From an uncultured virus (IMG/VR IMGVR_UViG_3300047474_000681) (Duplodnaviria > Heunggongvirae > Uroviricota > Caudoviricetes), in the IMG/VR virus record IMGVR_UViG_3300047474_000681: 60,264 nt of DNA; one strand, given 5' to 3'. Below, piece by piece: positions 39,350-50,345 of this stretch (positions are counted from its first letter, which is position 1; each line of letters opens with the position of its first letter). A program made the position numbers and the translations under genes. The notes beneath the pieces are model-generated. The model had not been told where the DNA came from. It did no database searches and was given only the letters and a program-made list of their open reading frames with translations.

Positions 39350-39968
39350 TATATTAATTGCATGTGATCAAAAATATTATAACGACTGGGCAGAAAATTT
39401 ACTTAAAAGTATACACTATCACTGCCCTAAGTTAACACTCCGCTGTCACGTAGTAAATCATAATAAACTAATACAACTTCCTTATGTAAAGTATACACTT
39501 GAAACTAAAACTTTTAAAAATGACGAATCAAGGATTGCATATTTACAAGCTGTAAGATTTTTGTGCGCATCAAAAATACCAATAGAAGAACAATTTATTA
39601 CACTTGACGCAGACACTATATGTGCAAGGCCGTTTAGTATAGATGAATTTGCATCTATATTCTCACATCAACATGTACTAAAACATCATAAGGCAGACAG
39701 ATGGTTAGCCGGACTAGTTGCGTTTAAGAGTGACGACTTTAGGAATGTATATGCTAGTAGATTACTAGAAGAACCTATTGATGATTGGCTGTGGGGCCGA
39801 GACCAAGATATATTATGTGATCTAGCAGATAAGTACAACTATACGCCAATTGATAATAAATGGATAAGGATAGCAAAGCCCAAACCTGACACTGTATTTT
39901 TAACTCTCAAAGGTGAACAAAAAGTTACAGAAAAGTATTTGGTGCCATTTAAGGGATTCATAAAATGA
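39336..39968 (+). CDS. GT-A glycosyltransferase (GT8-like)
   Basis: ACDQKY, RFL, LDADT DxD, AGLV, DQDIL. Confidence 0.6.
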   Translation: MPQYSILIACDQKYYNDWAENLLKSIHYHCPKLTLRCHVVNHNKLIQLPYVKYTLETKTFKNDESRIAYLQAVRFLCASKIPIEEQFITLDADTICARPFSIDEFASIFSHQHVLKHHKADRWLAGLVAFKSDDFRNVYASRLLEEPIDDWLWGRDQDILCDLADKYNYTPIDNKWIRIAKPKPDTVFLTLKGEQKVTEKYLVPFKGFIK

Positions 39969-40588
39969 AAGAAGTATTTAATTATTGGATGCCTGACAGT
40001 GATATCCATTTTAGTAGATTAATTCAAAAGCAAGTAAACAATGGCGGATTGCCACAATATCAAAATGATGTTAGAGATGAAGCATACAAATATGTTGTAG
40101 ACTTTAACCTAGCAATTGATGTTGGAGCAAACGTAGGTTTATGGGCAAAGCCTTTAACAGAAAAATTTAATAGTGTAATTGCATTTGAGCCTATGAATCA
40201 AGTACTCGAATGTTTAAAACTTAACGTAAAAGGTTTACCTGTTACAATACACGAACATGCATTAGGTAACGTTAATAGTAATATAGAAATGCAATTCAAT
40301 CAAGTAAATACCGGAGCGAGTCATGTTTCTAACATAGGCACAGGACCAATAGAAATTAAAAAATTAGACGACTTAAACCTATCTAAATTTGGATTACTAA
40401 AAGTTGATTGTGAACGCCACGACATGCAAGTGTTACAGGGTGCTGAAAAAACTATTATGAAATACAAACCTGTAATTGTAGTTGAGCAACATCCTGATAC
40501 TGAATACTGTGCTGGCGAATACCTAAAGTCATTAGGTGCTATTGAAATGTCAAACGTTAGAAAAGATTATATATTTGCATGGAATTAG
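39965..40588 (+). CDS. FkbM-family SAM methyltransferase
   Basis: IDVGANVGLW, AFEP, LKVDCE, VLQGA..TI...KPVIVVE. Confidence 0.9.
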   Translation: MKEVFNYWMPDSDIHFSRLIQKQVNNGGLPQYQNDVRDEAYKYVVDFNLAIDVGANVGLWAKPLTEKFNSVIAFEPMNQVLECLKLNVKGLPVTIHEHALGNVNSNIEMQFNQVNTGASHVSNIGTGPIEIKKLDDLNLSKFGLLKVDCERHDMQVLQGAEKTIMKYKPVIVVEQHPDTEYCAGEYLKSLGAIEMSNVRKDYIFAWN

Positions 40589-41478
40589 TAATTGGCATTG
40601 AAGAAATGTATAGGAATCATCCTATACCAAATCTTCCTAATTTTAAAATAGTCCCATGGGCAGATCAAGATACAATACAATCTGCAGATGTTTATATACA
40701 AAATAATATTTTAGGACAAAAGCGTAAAAAACTTAATCAATATTATCAATTTATATTAGACAGTAACAAACCATTTTTAGTTGTTGAAAGTGCTGTGTTT
40801 AGACGCAATATGATACAACCTCCAAATCCTATGTCCTATCATAGGTATAGTTGGACAAGTTATTATCAAGACGATGGAGACTATTGTAATTCTAATAGTC
40901 CTCCAGACCGTTGGCTACGTATACAAAAAGAACAATCAATAGACATAAAAGATTGGCGCACAACTGGCGATTATATATTATTAGTATTACAACGTCCTGG
41001 CGACAGTAGTTTAAAAAAACTTATAGACAAACACGGATCGTATCAACAGTTTATAAAATATACTATACAAGAAATTAAAAAGTATACAGATAGGCCAATA
41101 CGTGTACGTATGCATCCTTTACGTCAAGATAGACAACTAGAAGCTCTAAAAGATTTTGATGTAGACATTAGTAAAAATACACACGGTGCAGCATTGTTAG
41201 AAGGCGGGGATGGGCTGTATGCTGACTTTAGTAATGCTTGGGCAGTAGTAGGATTTAACAGTAATGCACTGACAGAAAGTGTATGTGAAGGTATACCAAC
41301 TTTTAGTATGTGTGCTAGTTCAATGGCATGGGACTGTAGCAACAAGGATTTAAAAGATTTAGAAAATCCTATAATGTTTGATCGCAATCAATGGCTTTAT
41401 AATTTAGGATATTGCCAGTGGCGAGAAGATGAAATAGCTAGAGGTGATCCTTGGTTTCATTTATCAAAACACACATAA
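40579..41478 (+). CDS. KpsC/KpsS-like (Capsule_synth-like) GT-B protein
   Basis: LQRPGD, RMHP, FNSNALTESVCEGIP. Confidence 0.6.
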   Translation: MELVIGIEEMYRNHPIPNLPNFKIVPWADQDTIQSADVYIQNNILGQKRKKLNQYYQFILDSNKPFLVVESAVFRRNMIQPPNPMSYHRYSWTSYYQDDGDYCNSNSPPDRWLRIQKEQSIDIKDWRTTGDYILLVLQRPGDSSLKKLIDKHGSYQQFIKYTIQEIKKYTDRPIRVRMHPLRQDRQLEALKDFDVDISKNTHGAALLEGGDGLYADFSNAWAVVGFNSNALTESVCEGIPTFSMCASSMAWDCSNKDLKDLENPIMFDRNQWLYNLGYCQWREDEIARGDPWFHLSKHT

Positions 41479-41499
41479 ACTGCGTATATAAATATCTAC

Positions 41500-42276
41500 A
41501 TGAGCAATGTTGTATTAGTTAGTGGCGGCTTTGATCCCTTACACTCAGGGCACATAGCCTATTTTAAAGAAGCAAAAAAATTAGGTTCAAAGCTAGTAGT
41601 AGCATTGAATTCAGATGAATGGCTAACACGTAAAAAAGGTAGACCGTTTATGCCTTTTGAAGAACGTGCAGCAATTGTAAAAGAGTTAAAAGTAGTAGAC
41701 GAAGTTATTGGTTTTGACGACAGCGATGATAGCGCATGCCAAGCAATTTTTCAAACACTAAGTACACACGGATCAGGCAGTAAAGTAATATTCGCTAACG
41801 GTGGCGATAGGACTAATACTACAACACCAGAATATAAAGCATATGGTAGTATGCCCTATGTAGATTTTGCGTTTGGCATTGGCGGTGAGAATAAAGCTAA
41901 TAGTAGCAGTTGGATATTAGACGAGTGGAAAACACAAAAAACAGAACGTGACTGGGGTTATTGGCGTGTACTAGATCACAAACCTGAGCAAGGTTACAAA
42001 GTAAAAGAACTAGTAATATATCCAGGCAAGAGTCTAAGTGACCAAAAACATTTTAAACGTTCTGAACAATGGATGATATTAGAAGGTGTTGTAGATATGA
42101 AAACTGAATGGAAATCTACAACTAGCACAGTATTATTAGAACCGCACAGATTGCCTTATGAGATTGGCAAAGAAGTTTGGCACAAGGCTTCTAATCCTGG
42201 AGATACAAATGCACATATTTTAGAAATCCAATGGGGCACTGAGTGCATTGAAGAAGATATTGAAAGAAGAGACTAA
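41500..42276 (+). CDS. Cytidylyltransferase-family nucleotidyltransferase fused to a mannose-6-P-isomerase-type cupin
   Basis: SGGFDPLHSGH, LNSDEWLTRKKG, FANGGDR, NSSS; C-terminal RDWG, VKEL, LSDQKH..RSEQW, EIQWG..EEDIER. Confidence 0.85.
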   Translation: MSNVVLVSGGFDPLHSGHIAYFKEAKKLGSKLVVALNSDEWLTRKKGRPFMPFEERAAIVKELKVVDEVIGFDDSDDSACQAIFQTLSTHGSGSKVIFANGGDRTNTTTPEYKAYGSMPYVDFAFGIGGENKANSSSWILDEWKTQKTERDWGYWRVLDHKPEQGYKVKELVIYPGKSLSDQKHFKRSEQWMILEGVVDMKTEWKSTTSTVLLEPHRLPYEIGKEVWHKASNPGDTNAHILEIQWGTECIEEDIERRD

Positions 42277-43961
42277 TGCAACCACTAAAAATTTTTGTAG
42301 GATACGACACTAGAGAAGACATTGCGTTTCAAGTATGTAAGCAAAGTATTCTTGATACTGCTAGTGTACCTGTAGAAATTATTCCACTTAATCAACGAGT
42401 GTTAAGAAAAGAAAAACTATACAAACGTCCAGTAGACCCATTAGCAAGTACTGAATTTACATTTACACGTTTCTTAGTCCCACACCTAACGGAGTACAAT
42501 GGTTGGGCATTATTCATTGATTGTGACTTCGTAGCCCTTACTGATATTAAAGAACTATTTGATCAAGCAGACGATCAGTATGCAGTAATGTGTGCGCACC
42601 ATGATTATACTCCTAAGGAAGGTATAAAAATGGACGGGCAGAAACAGACTGTATACCCACGTAAAAATTGGAGTTCGTGTGTATTGTTTAATTGTTCACA
42701 TGTAGCTAATGCTAAATTAAACTTAGGATTAATTAATAATCCGGATACTACAGGAGCCTACTTGCATAGATTTAGCTGGTTATATGATACTCAAATTGGA
42801 GAAATATCACACGAATGGAATTGGTTAGTTGGCTGGTATAAAGAGCCAAAAGATGGCAAGCCTAAAATGTTACATTATACAGAAGGTGGTCCTTGGTTCG
42901 AGCAATATCAAGACTGCGAATATGCAAATGAATATTATAAAGTTGAACGCAAATATCATATGCAACTTATAGACAAATACAAAGATACAGTAACATATCC
43001 AACACAGCTAACACTTAGTGATTCAAAAAAAAAATTAGTTAATGATTTATTAAAAACTTTAGTAGATCCAACTGGTCAATTTTATAATGTAAAGGCAGAC
43101 AACGTAATTAGAGAGATAGACGATATGGTTAGAAATAAAAAGAAAAGCGGTTATAAAGTAGTAGCAATACATCCGGAAGATGTAAACATAGACAAAAAAC
43201 ATTTATCATACGATCGTTTATTAGAAGCATTTTGTAGCGGTACTCACGGACGCCTTGGCGATTTTGATCAAGAATTAGATACCTCAATTCCGTTAGTTAT
43301 TAGAGGACTAGGTGGCAACAGTCAACGAGCAATTAATCATTGTTGGGATACCGGAAGAGACTTTTATGCAATAGACACTGGATACTTTGGCAATGAAAGA
43401 AGTAAAGCAAAAATTTGGCATAGAATAACTAAAAATAATTTACAGCAACTTGAAATAATTGATCGTCCTACAGATAGATTACGTAGACATGCATGGAAGT
43501 ATAGAAAATTTAAGCCAGGAAGCAAAATTCTTATTTGTCCTCCTAGTGATAAAGTAATGAAAATATTTGGACAACCTGTAGCAGAAGAGTGGACAAAGAA
43601 TGTATTAGCTGAACTAAAAAAATATACAGATAGACCAATTGAAATAAGAATGAAGCCTATTAGATCAGAACGGATATCAACAGATACTATTGAAGATGCA
43701 TTATCTGACGATGTGCATTGTTTGATAACCTACAACAGTATTGCCGCAGTAGAAGCATTAGTAAATGGCAAGCCAGCTATTACACTAGGTCCTAATGCTG
43801 CATCAAGTTTAGCCGGCAATGACTTGTCACAGGTGGAAAAACTTCCTGTACATGACAAAGATACTATGACGGCTTTTATGGCACATTTGTCATATTGCCA
43901 ATTTACACATCAAGAGATGCTAGACGGAACAGCCTGGCGCATGATAAATGGTGATGATTGA
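42276..43961 (+). CDS. Fusion of a GT-A glycosyltransferase and a KpsC-like GT-B domain
   Basis: N-terminal IFVGYD.RE, STEFTFTRFLVP, FIDCDF, YPRKNWSS, HYTEGGPWF; C-terminal ILICPPSD, RMKP, YNSIAAVEALVNGKP. Confidence 0.75.
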   Translation: MQPLKIFVGYDTREDIAFQVCKQSILDTASVPVEIIPLNQRVLRKEKLYKRPVDPLASTEFTFTRFLVPHLTEYNGWALFIDCDFVALTDIKELFDQADDQYAVMCAHHDYTPKEGIKMDGQKQTVYPRKNWSSCVLFNCSHVANAKLNLGLINNPDTTGAYLHRFSWLYDTQIGEISHEWNWLVGWYKEPKDGKPKMLHYTEGGPWFEQYQDCEYANEYYKVERKYHMQLIDKYKDTVTYPTQLTLSDSKKKLVNDLLKTLVDPTGQFYNVKADNVIREIDDMVRNKKKSGYKVVAIHPEDVNIDKKHLSYDRLLEAFCSGTHGRLGDFDQELDTSIPLVIRGLGGNSQRAINHCWDTGRDFYAIDTGYFGNERSKAKIWHRITKNNLQQLEIIDRPTDRLRRHAWKYRKFKPGSKILICPPSDKVMKIFGQPVAEEWTKNVLAELKKYTDRPIEIRMKPIRSERISTDTIEDALSDDVHCLITYNSIAAVEALVNGKPAITLGPNAASSLAGNDLSQVEKLPVHDKDTMTAFMAHLSYCQFTHQEMLDGTAWRMINGDD

Positions 43962-44890
43962 TGTTAACTGTTGCTTCTTATCTAAAAGGTATCCCACCTA
44001 AAAATAGAAACCCAGAAAAGCCCGAAGTGTTAATAAACTTTATTAAGGGTGTAAATGCTGTAGGTGATATTGGTAAAGTTGTAGATGAGTGGAAAGTAAT
44101 TGACAGCGATGTTGCTGTTGTACAAGGCTTTGTACATCCTGGAAGTAAAAATGTAACACATTTAAATTTAAGAAAGAATGTGTTTGATACACAACAAAAA
44201 AATAATAAACGTAGTATTATAATTGATTCTAATTTGTTTTTATATGCTGATCCAGGAAATACTAAAAAATATTTAAGATATAGTTATGATGGAATTTTTC
44301 CTACTACAGGCGAATATTGTAATTCACAACCTACTCTTAATCGTTGGGAGCAAATTAGTAAAGATCTTAATTTGTCATTAAAGCCGTGGAGTACTAATAA
44401 AGAAACTATTTTAATTTGTTGTCAACGAGACGGCGGCTGGAGTATGGACGGACAACAACTTATGCCATGGCTTGTAAAAACAATAATGGAAATTAAAAAA
44501 CATTCAGATAGAAAAATAGTAGTTAGATTTCATCCAGGCGACCGTCATTCATCTAATCATAGATCCTCCTTACTCAAATATAAATTAGAAAATGTTTTTG
44601 TGACAACTAATGAATCAATTCTTACTGATTTTGAAATGGCACATGTTGTAGTAAATTATAATTCAAGTCCAGCTGTTGCAGCAGCAATTGAAGGCGTACC
44701 AGTATTTGTATTAGATCCAGAAAGAAGTCAAGCTAAAGATATTGCTAACACAGATATTAGTAAAATAGAAAATCCAATACTATACGATAGAAACGTATGG
44801 ATACAGAAACTTGCTCAAATGCATTGGACATCAAATGAGCTTACAGACGGAACAGCATGGAGGCATCTACGACAATGGGCCAAGAAATAA
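43958..44890 (+). CDS. KpsC/KpsS-like GT-B protein
   Basis: ILICCQRDGG, RFHP, YNSSPAVAAAIEGVP. Confidence 0.6.
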   Translation: MMLTVASYLKGIPPKNRNPEKPEVLINFIKGVNAVGDIGKVVDEWKVIDSDVAVVQGFVHPGSKNVTHLNLRKNVFDTQQKNNKRSIIIDSNLFLYADPGNTKKYLRYSYDGIFPTTGEYCNSQPTLNRWEQISKDLNLSLKPWSTNKETILICCQRDGGWSMDGQQLMPWLVKTIMEIKKHSDRKIVVRFHPGDRHSSNHRSSLLKYKLENVFVTTNESILTDFEMAHVVVNYNSSPAVAAAIEGVPVFVLDPERSQAKDIANTDISKIENPILYDRNVWIQKLAQMHWTSNELTDGTAWRHLRQWAKK

Positions 44891-45741
44891 TAGTAGTAAC
44901 AACATTTCATCCGGAAGGTATGGAAGTATACGGACAGCGTTTTATTGATAGCTTTGCACAAAATGTTGCCAAAGCAGTAAAATTAGTTGTATATGCAGAA
45001 GACTGCAATCCAGTTAATCCAGACCCAAATCAAATTACTATATTAGATGCTACTGAAGCATTACCTAAACTTGTAGCATTTAAACAACGTTGGAAAGATG
45101 TACCAAAAGCAAATGGTATACCGCCTGCTGATATTAAAGCACGTAGACCAAGAGATTGGCATAAGGAATTTAAATGGCATGCTATTCGTTTTGCAAATAA
45201 AACTTATGCTGTGTTTGATGCTTGTGAAAAAAATTATGGTACTGGTAGATGGGTAGTATGGATGGATGCAGATACGTTTGTACATTCGCCTTGGAGTCTA
45301 AAACAGTTTGAAGAGCTACTGCCTTATAATAATTGGATAACATATGTTGGTAGAGGCAAAGGGTCACAGACATGGCCAGAATGTGGGTTCTATGGTATTA
45401 ATATGAATCATCCTGTAGGGTGCAGCTTTGTTGAAGAATTCGAACGCATGTATGAAGATGCAGACAACGGTATTTTTAAACTTGAAGAGTGGCACGACAG
45501 CTATGTGTTTGGAGAACTATTAAACAATAAATTTTTAGATTTTAAAGATAAAGCACACGACTATAGTGCAAACATATATAATAAGACTGCAAAAACTGGA
45601 GGCGGCGGACATCCGTTAATTAATAGTGAATTAGGTAAATGGATGGACCATATGAAAGGCGCACGGAAGTTTGACGGTAAGTCAAAACGTAAAGACCTAA
45701 TGACCGATAGAACAGAATCGTATTGGCAAACAGTAAAATGA
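44875..45741 (+). CDS. GT-A glycosyltransferase
   Basis: VVTTF, RFANK, WMDADT DxD, ECGF, WHDSYVF, HMKG. Confidence 0.65.
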   Translation: MGQEIIVVTTFHPEGMEVYGQRFIDSFAQNVAKAVKLVVYAEDCNPVNPDPNQITILDATEALPKLVAFKQRWKDVPKANGIPPADIKARRPRDWHKEFKWHAIRFANKTYAVFDACEKNYGTGRWVVWMDADTFVHSPWSLKQFEELLPYNNWITYVGRGKGSQTWPECGFYGINMNHPVGCSFVEEFERMYEDADNGIFKLEEWHDSYVFGELLNNKFLDFKDKAHDYSANIYNKTAKTGGGGHPLINSELGKWMDHMKGARKFDGKSKRKDLMTDRTESYWQTVK

Positions 45742-46616
45742 TTTTTTGTTTATATACAGATTATGGGGCATTAAATTCTAAGCCTGTATTTGAAGCGTTT
45801 GCAAAAAGTATAACCGATGCAGGGCATACCGTAATATATAACGAACCATACAGAGTAATGGATCATTATAGTAATTATGATGTTGCAGTCATATGGAGTG
45901 TTTTATGGAACGGACGTATGACACATAATAAACAAGTATGGGAGCAAAACCGTAAACTAAATCGACCAGTTATTGTTTTAGAAGTTGGCGGAATAAATAG
46001 AGGTGTAACATGGAAAGTAGGGCTTAATGGAATCAATCGCGATGGCTATTTTGGGGATGATAATAATAGTGATAGTCGTTGCAATGATCTTGGGCTATTA
46101 CTAAAACCTTGGCGCACTAAGGGAGAATATATCCTTATATGTGGTCAACACGATAAAAGTTTACAGTGGCAAGATATGCCACGCATGAGTAACTGGTTCT
46201 TAGATACATATGATGAAATACGTAAACACACAGATCGTCCTATAATATTTAGACCTCATCCACGCTGTCGATTGCCTAAAATTGAACGGGGATTGCGACA
46301 TGTATACAGACAGGAGCCAATAAAACTTGACGGTACTTATGACGACTTTGATATGGACTTTGATAATGTCTGGGCTACTATCAGCTATAGCTCTAATCCA
46401 GGACCACACTCTGTTATCAATGGTATTCCTGCTTTTGTCAGCACTCATAGTCTTGCTTACGATGTCGGTAATGACATAGATTTTTTATATGACATAGAAG
46501 ATCCTATACTGTGGGATCGAACACAATGGCTAAACGATTACGCACATACTGAATATACAATTCAAGAAATATCACAAGGAATACCACTTAAACGATTGAC
46601 AAATAGATTATTTTAA
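45738..46616 (+). CDS. KpsC/KpsS-like GT-B protein
   Basis: ILICGQHDKS, RPHP, YSSNPGPHSVINGIP. Confidence 0.6.
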   Translation: MIFCLYTDYGALNSKPVFEAFAKSITDAGHTVIYNEPYRVMDHYSNYDVAVIWSVLWNGRMTHNKQVWEQNRKLNRPVIVLEVGGINRGVTWKVGLNGINRDGYFGDDNNSDSRCNDLGLLLKPWRTKGEYILICGQHDKSLQWQDMPRMSNWFLDTYDEIRKHTDRPIIFRPHPRCRLPKIERGLRHVYRQEPIKLDGTYDDFDMDFDNVWATISYSSNPGPHSVINGIPAFVSTHSLAYDVGNDIDFLYDIEDPILWDRTQWLNDYAHTEYTIQEISQGIPLKRLTNRLF

Positions 46617-46624
46617 GTTATAAT
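46596..46624 (+). promoter_or_regulatory. Consensus sigma70 promoter, probably leaderless
   Basis: TTGACA-17-TATAAT-6 nt-ATG(46631). Confidence 0.8.
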
Positions 46625-46630
46625 ATACTT

Positions 46631-47797
46631 ATGAATAATGTAACTACTATTGAAGATTTACTCGAGTGTGCTTCTAATCTGCGTAGCATGCCTGCCATAA
46701 AACTTGAATCGTCTGACATGACGATCATGCATAGTATCGGTAGACAAGTTTTTAAAGGTACAGCACTAACTGATAGACAACTTGCCTTGATGCAAGAAAA
46801 GTTAACGCATTATAAAGATCAGTTTATAAATTTAGAAATTGATTTTGATTTTGCTATTGAACAATTAAGACAGCCTTTACGTCAAATAGATCGTAGCAAG
46901 TATATTAAAATTATTGACGGAATGATCCATGTTAGATTTCCTTTTAGAAAAACTGACATCATATCAATTCAAATATGTTCGAGTCAACTTGATCCATCTG
47001 ATTACTTTCATAAAAAAGGTACACATGTACACCAGTTTGCATATACTGAACTAGCAACTTTAAAATTACTTGACGAATTTAAAGATAGAAGTTTTGATAT
47101 TGATAGCGAACTTATTGAAGTATATAATCAAATTAAGAATATAGAATCTAATCCTGAAAAATATATAACTGGTATTTTTAACGGACAAGCAAAAAATATT
47201 ACTACTAAGTTAGAAACTACTATTAAAGATGAAATCGATAACGATAGTATAAAATTAATTGATAGAAGATTTAGATATGGCTTAAATTATAATTTAGATT
47301 TTACTCCTAAGAATATAACAGAAGATATTATATCAAGAAAAGAAATATATTTTCATAGTCGTCCATCTGATACAAAGTTGAGCAGTGTATTGGATAGTTT
47401 ACATGACTTAGATAGATATCCTATTCTTGTAATTTTAGACAAAGAAGATGCAGAAAATCAACTACACTCTATGATTACATATTATAGAGATATGGTTGAT
47501 GCTAGTAAGCAAAGTGTACTATTTAGATTAGAAGAAAAAAATGCAGGATTTAATCAATTAGTAAAAGATAGAAAACTAAACAATTGGGTTGACAAAACAA
47601 CAAAAATAGTGTATATTAGTAAAGATAAACTACCAAAACTATTAGTAAGCGGAGAGTGGAAGCCACAAACTGTTTTTTCTTTTAGTAGTCAATTAGATCG
47701 TATAGTAGATACTTACATAAGATTTCATTGTGACTTAGTTGTTTGGCGTGAAGATACAGTATCACCTTTTAGGGAGTATTCAAGATTATATGGCTAG
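46631..47797 (+). CDS. Hypothetical protein
   Basis: 388-aa ORF upstream of the helicase; no motif recognised. Confidence 0.5.
   Translation: MNNVTTIEDLLECASNLRSMPAIKLESSDMTIMHSIGRQVFKGTALTDRQLALMQEKLTHYKDQFINLEIDFDFAIEQLRQPLRQIDRSKYIKIIDGMIHVRFPFRKTDIISIQICSSQLDPSDYFHKKGTHVHQFAYTELATLKLLDEFKDRSFDIDSELIEVYNQIKNIESNPEKYITGIFNGQAKNITTKLETTIKDEIDNDSIKLIDRRFRYGLNYNLDFTPKNITEDIISRKEIYFHSRPSDTKLSSVLDSLHDLDRYPILVILDKEDAENQLHSMITYYRDMVDASKQSVLFRLEEKNAGFNQLVKDRKLNNWVDKTTKIVYISKDKLPKLLVSGEWKPQTVFSFSSQLDRIVDTYIRFHCDLVVWREDTVSPFREYSRLYG
47589..47617 (+). promoter_or_regulatory. Intragenic sigma70-like promoter upstream of uvsW
   Basis: TTGACA-17-TATATT. Confidence 0.45.
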
Positions 47798-49253
47798 TTG
47801 TAAATTAATAATTGAAGATGAAGTAAACATAAAGCTAGAAGGATTAGAAGTAGATGTTCGAAGAAGACTAGCTAACGCTCTCAAGTTCGAAGTACCGTAT
47901 GCAAAGTATATGCCGCAGTACAAACTAGGACGTTGGGACGGCAAGGTTGCTTTCTTTGGCATAGGCGGTACTGGCTATGTTAATCATCTAGATGTTGTTA
48001 CTGAAGTATTAGCAAAAAACAATGTTCAAATTGTTGATATCGAAGATAAGCGGCATCCAATACAATTTAACTTTACTCCAGTTACAGAACGGTATTGGGC
48101 CGACCAAGGAGTATGTTGGCCTAAAGGACACCCGGCAGAAGGTGAAGAAATTATTCTGCGAGATTACCAAGTTGAGGCAATCAACAACTTTATTGCGAAT
48201 CCACAGAGTCTTCAGCAAATTGCTACAGGCGCAGGCAAGACGATTACAACTGCTACGTTATCACACATCAGTGAACCTTACGGGCGTAGTATTGTAATTG
48301 TGCCTAATAAGTCCTTAGTTGAGCAAACAGAGGAAGACTATATTAACTGTGGATTGGACGTAGGGGTGTACTTCGGCGACAGGAAACAATTAGGTAAGAC
48401 TCACACTATTTGCACTTGGCAGAGTTTGAATATACTTGACAAGAAGCATAAGGATGGCGCGGCAGTATTGTCGTTAGCAGAGTTCCTAGAAGGTGTAAGC
48501 ACTATCATTGTCGACGAAGTACACCAAGCCAAAGCAGAAGTTCTTAAGAACCTGCTCACTCGCAACCTACGCAACGCTCCAATACGCTGGGGACTAACTG
48601 GCACAGTACCTAAAGAAAAGTTTGAGTTTGAAAGTATTCATGCTAGTCTTGGTCCTGTAATTGGTAACATTAGTGCAAAAGAATTACAGGATAAAGGTGT
48701 GTTATCACAGTGTCACGTTAATGTGGTACAACTAATAGATACTGTAGCACACACAGGTTATCAAGAAGAATTAAAATACTTAACAACAAACACAGCAAGA
48801 TTAGAATACATAGGCAAACTATTGAGCACAGTAAAGGAATCAGGCAACACACTTATACTAGTAGACAGAATTAGTGCAGGACAAGCACTTGCTGAACTTA
48901 TACCCGGCAGCACGTTTGTAAGCGGCGCCGTTAAGAACAAAGACAGGAAAGAAACATATGACACAATTCGTGAAGGAACTAACGAGGTTATTATCGCAAC
49001 ATATGGGGTTGCGGCTGTTGGTCTTAATATACCTCGTATCTTTAATCTTGTCCTCCTTGAGCCTGGCAAGTCTTTTGTTCGAGTAATTCAAAGTATTGGT
49101 AGAGGCGTTCGTAAGGCAAAAGACAAAGACTTCGTACAAATATGGGATCTTACATCAACATGTAAGTTCGCGAAGCGACATCTGACCCAACGTAAGAAAT
49201 TTTACAAAGAAGCAGAGTACCCATTTACAATAGAAAAAGTGGAATGGAATTAA
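47790..49253 (+). CDS. uvsW: SF2 helicase (UvsW-like)
   Basis: WDGK, LRDYQ, ATGAGKT, VDEVH, GLTGT, QSIGRGVR. Confidence 0.9.
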   Translation: MASCKLIIEDEVNIKLEGLEVDVRRRLANALKFEVPYAKYMPQYKLGRWDGKVAFFGIGGTGYVNHLDVVTEVLAKNNVQIVDIEDKRHPIQFNFTPVTERYWADQGVCWPKGHPAEGEEIILRDYQVEAINNFIANPQSLQQIATGAGKTITTATLSHISEPYGRSIVIVPNKSLVEQTEEDYINCGLDVGVYFGDRKQLGKTHTICTWQSLNILDKKHKDGAAVLSLAEFLEGVSTIIVDEVHQAKAEVLKNLLTRNLRNAPIRWGLTGTVPKEKFEFESIHASLGPVIGNISAKELQDKGVLSQCHVNVVQLIDTVAHTGYQEELKYLTTNTARLEYIGKLLSTVKESGNTLILVDRISAGQALAELIPGSTFVSGAVKNKDRKETYDTIREGTNEVIIATYGVAAVGLNIPRIFNLVLLEPGKSFVRVIQSIGRGVRKAKDKDFVQIWDLTSTCKFAKRHLTQRKKFYKEAEYPFTIEKVEWN

Positions 49254-49759
49254 TGAAAATATTAACCTTAGAAAATCAATGCTTCAATTTAGACGACCTA
49301 CCAGAACAAATTGAAGATGATGTACGCTTTAGTGTACTTGATAACAGTGATCCAAAAAATCCTGATTTCTTTTTTGTGCCTTTAATTTTTCTAGAATCTT
49401 TTAGCTCGCCTGCTATGGTTTTAGAAATTGGAGGCAAAGAAATTACAATGCCAGTTGATTGGAGTATTGCTGTAGGCTGTTCTGAAAGCGGCAACGACTT
49501 AGAAATATTACCTTTAACAAGTATTAACGATAGGGGATTTGAAGCATTCATATTTAATCCTTTATCTAGTTTTAAACCTAACTTTGCAGATATTAATATT
49601 GTAAATTTTTATACAGATGTAAAATGGTATTTTCCAAAATTAAAAAATGGACAACTACTAAGTGTGCCAATCTCTGAAGGTCATAAACCTGATTGTGCGT
49701 TTTTTGTAAAAGATATTAGCAGACAATGTGAAGTAATTGAATACTCAAAGTTAATGTAA
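49253..49759 (+). CDS. Hypothetical protein
   Basis: About 168-aa beta-rich ORF coupled to uvsW (alternative start 49244). Confidence 0.5.
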   Translation: MKILTLENQCFNLDDLPEQIEDDVRFSVLDNSDPKNPDFFFVPLIFLESFSSPAMVLEIGGKEITMPVDWSIAVGCSESGNDLEILPLTSINDRGFEAFIFNPLSSFKPNFADINIVNFYTDVKWYFPKLKNGQLLSVPISEGHKPDCAFFVKDISRQCEVIEYSKLM

Positions 49760-50019
49760 TGAAGTTGATTCCTGGAGAAGCATTGATATATGAAAGAGCA
49801 AATGGTGTAGTATATGCTCGATATAGAGATGCACCGTGGAATATGATGCCACGGTGGGCTATCGGTGGCGACCCAGGATCAATGGCTAGAGCACAAGGAG
49901 ATCTATTAGATTACAGTGAATGGAAAGAGTTGTGCGAAGTTGCAAGTACAAATCCAACACTAATGAAACAAATGGATAAGTTAGTTACAACTTATTATAT
50001 AATTAAGGATAGCAAATGA
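49759..50019 (+). CDS. Hypothetical protein
   Basis: 86-aa ORF, overlaps neighbours at stop/start; IYER..GVVYAR. Confidence 0.5.
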   Translation: MKLIPGEALIYERANGVVYARYRDAPWNMMPRWAIGGDPGSMARAQGDLLDYSEWKELCEVASTNPTLMKQMDKLVTTYYIIKDSK

Positions 50020-50345
50020 AATATAACGATTGGGATATAGGTGGCGAAGTAGTTAAAGAAGACAGTCGTTATACTGTAACAGATAATACAAATTTAAATA
50101 ACCTTGTAGTAAGTCGTACTAGACTAAGACCTAATAGGTCTACATCAGGACACAGGCATGCCGGACAAGAAGAAGTTTATATATTTACAAACGGCACTGG
50201 GCAAATGGAACTTGACCATAAAATTTTTGATGTTAAAAAAGGCGACACTATTTTAATTGAAGATAACGTATTCCATAAAGTACATAATACCGGAGACTTT
50301 GTGTTAGACTTTATTTGTGTGTTTGATGGAAGGAGAACACATTGA
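50016..50345 (+). CDS. Cupin domain protein
   Basis: GHRHAGQEEVYIF..G.G.M, GD.ILI....FHKV.N. Confidence 0.85.
   Translation: MKYNDWDIGGEVVKEDSRYTVTDNTNLNNLVVSRTRLRPNRSTSGHRHAGQEEVYIFTNGTGQMELDHKIFDVKKGDTILIEDNVFHKVHNTGDFVLDFICVFDGRRTH

Noticed and set aside
49253..49759. Possible Hint/intein-like fold
   Set aside because: Only a vague beta-strand pattern; no N-terminal Cys/Ser, TxxH or terminal HN motif
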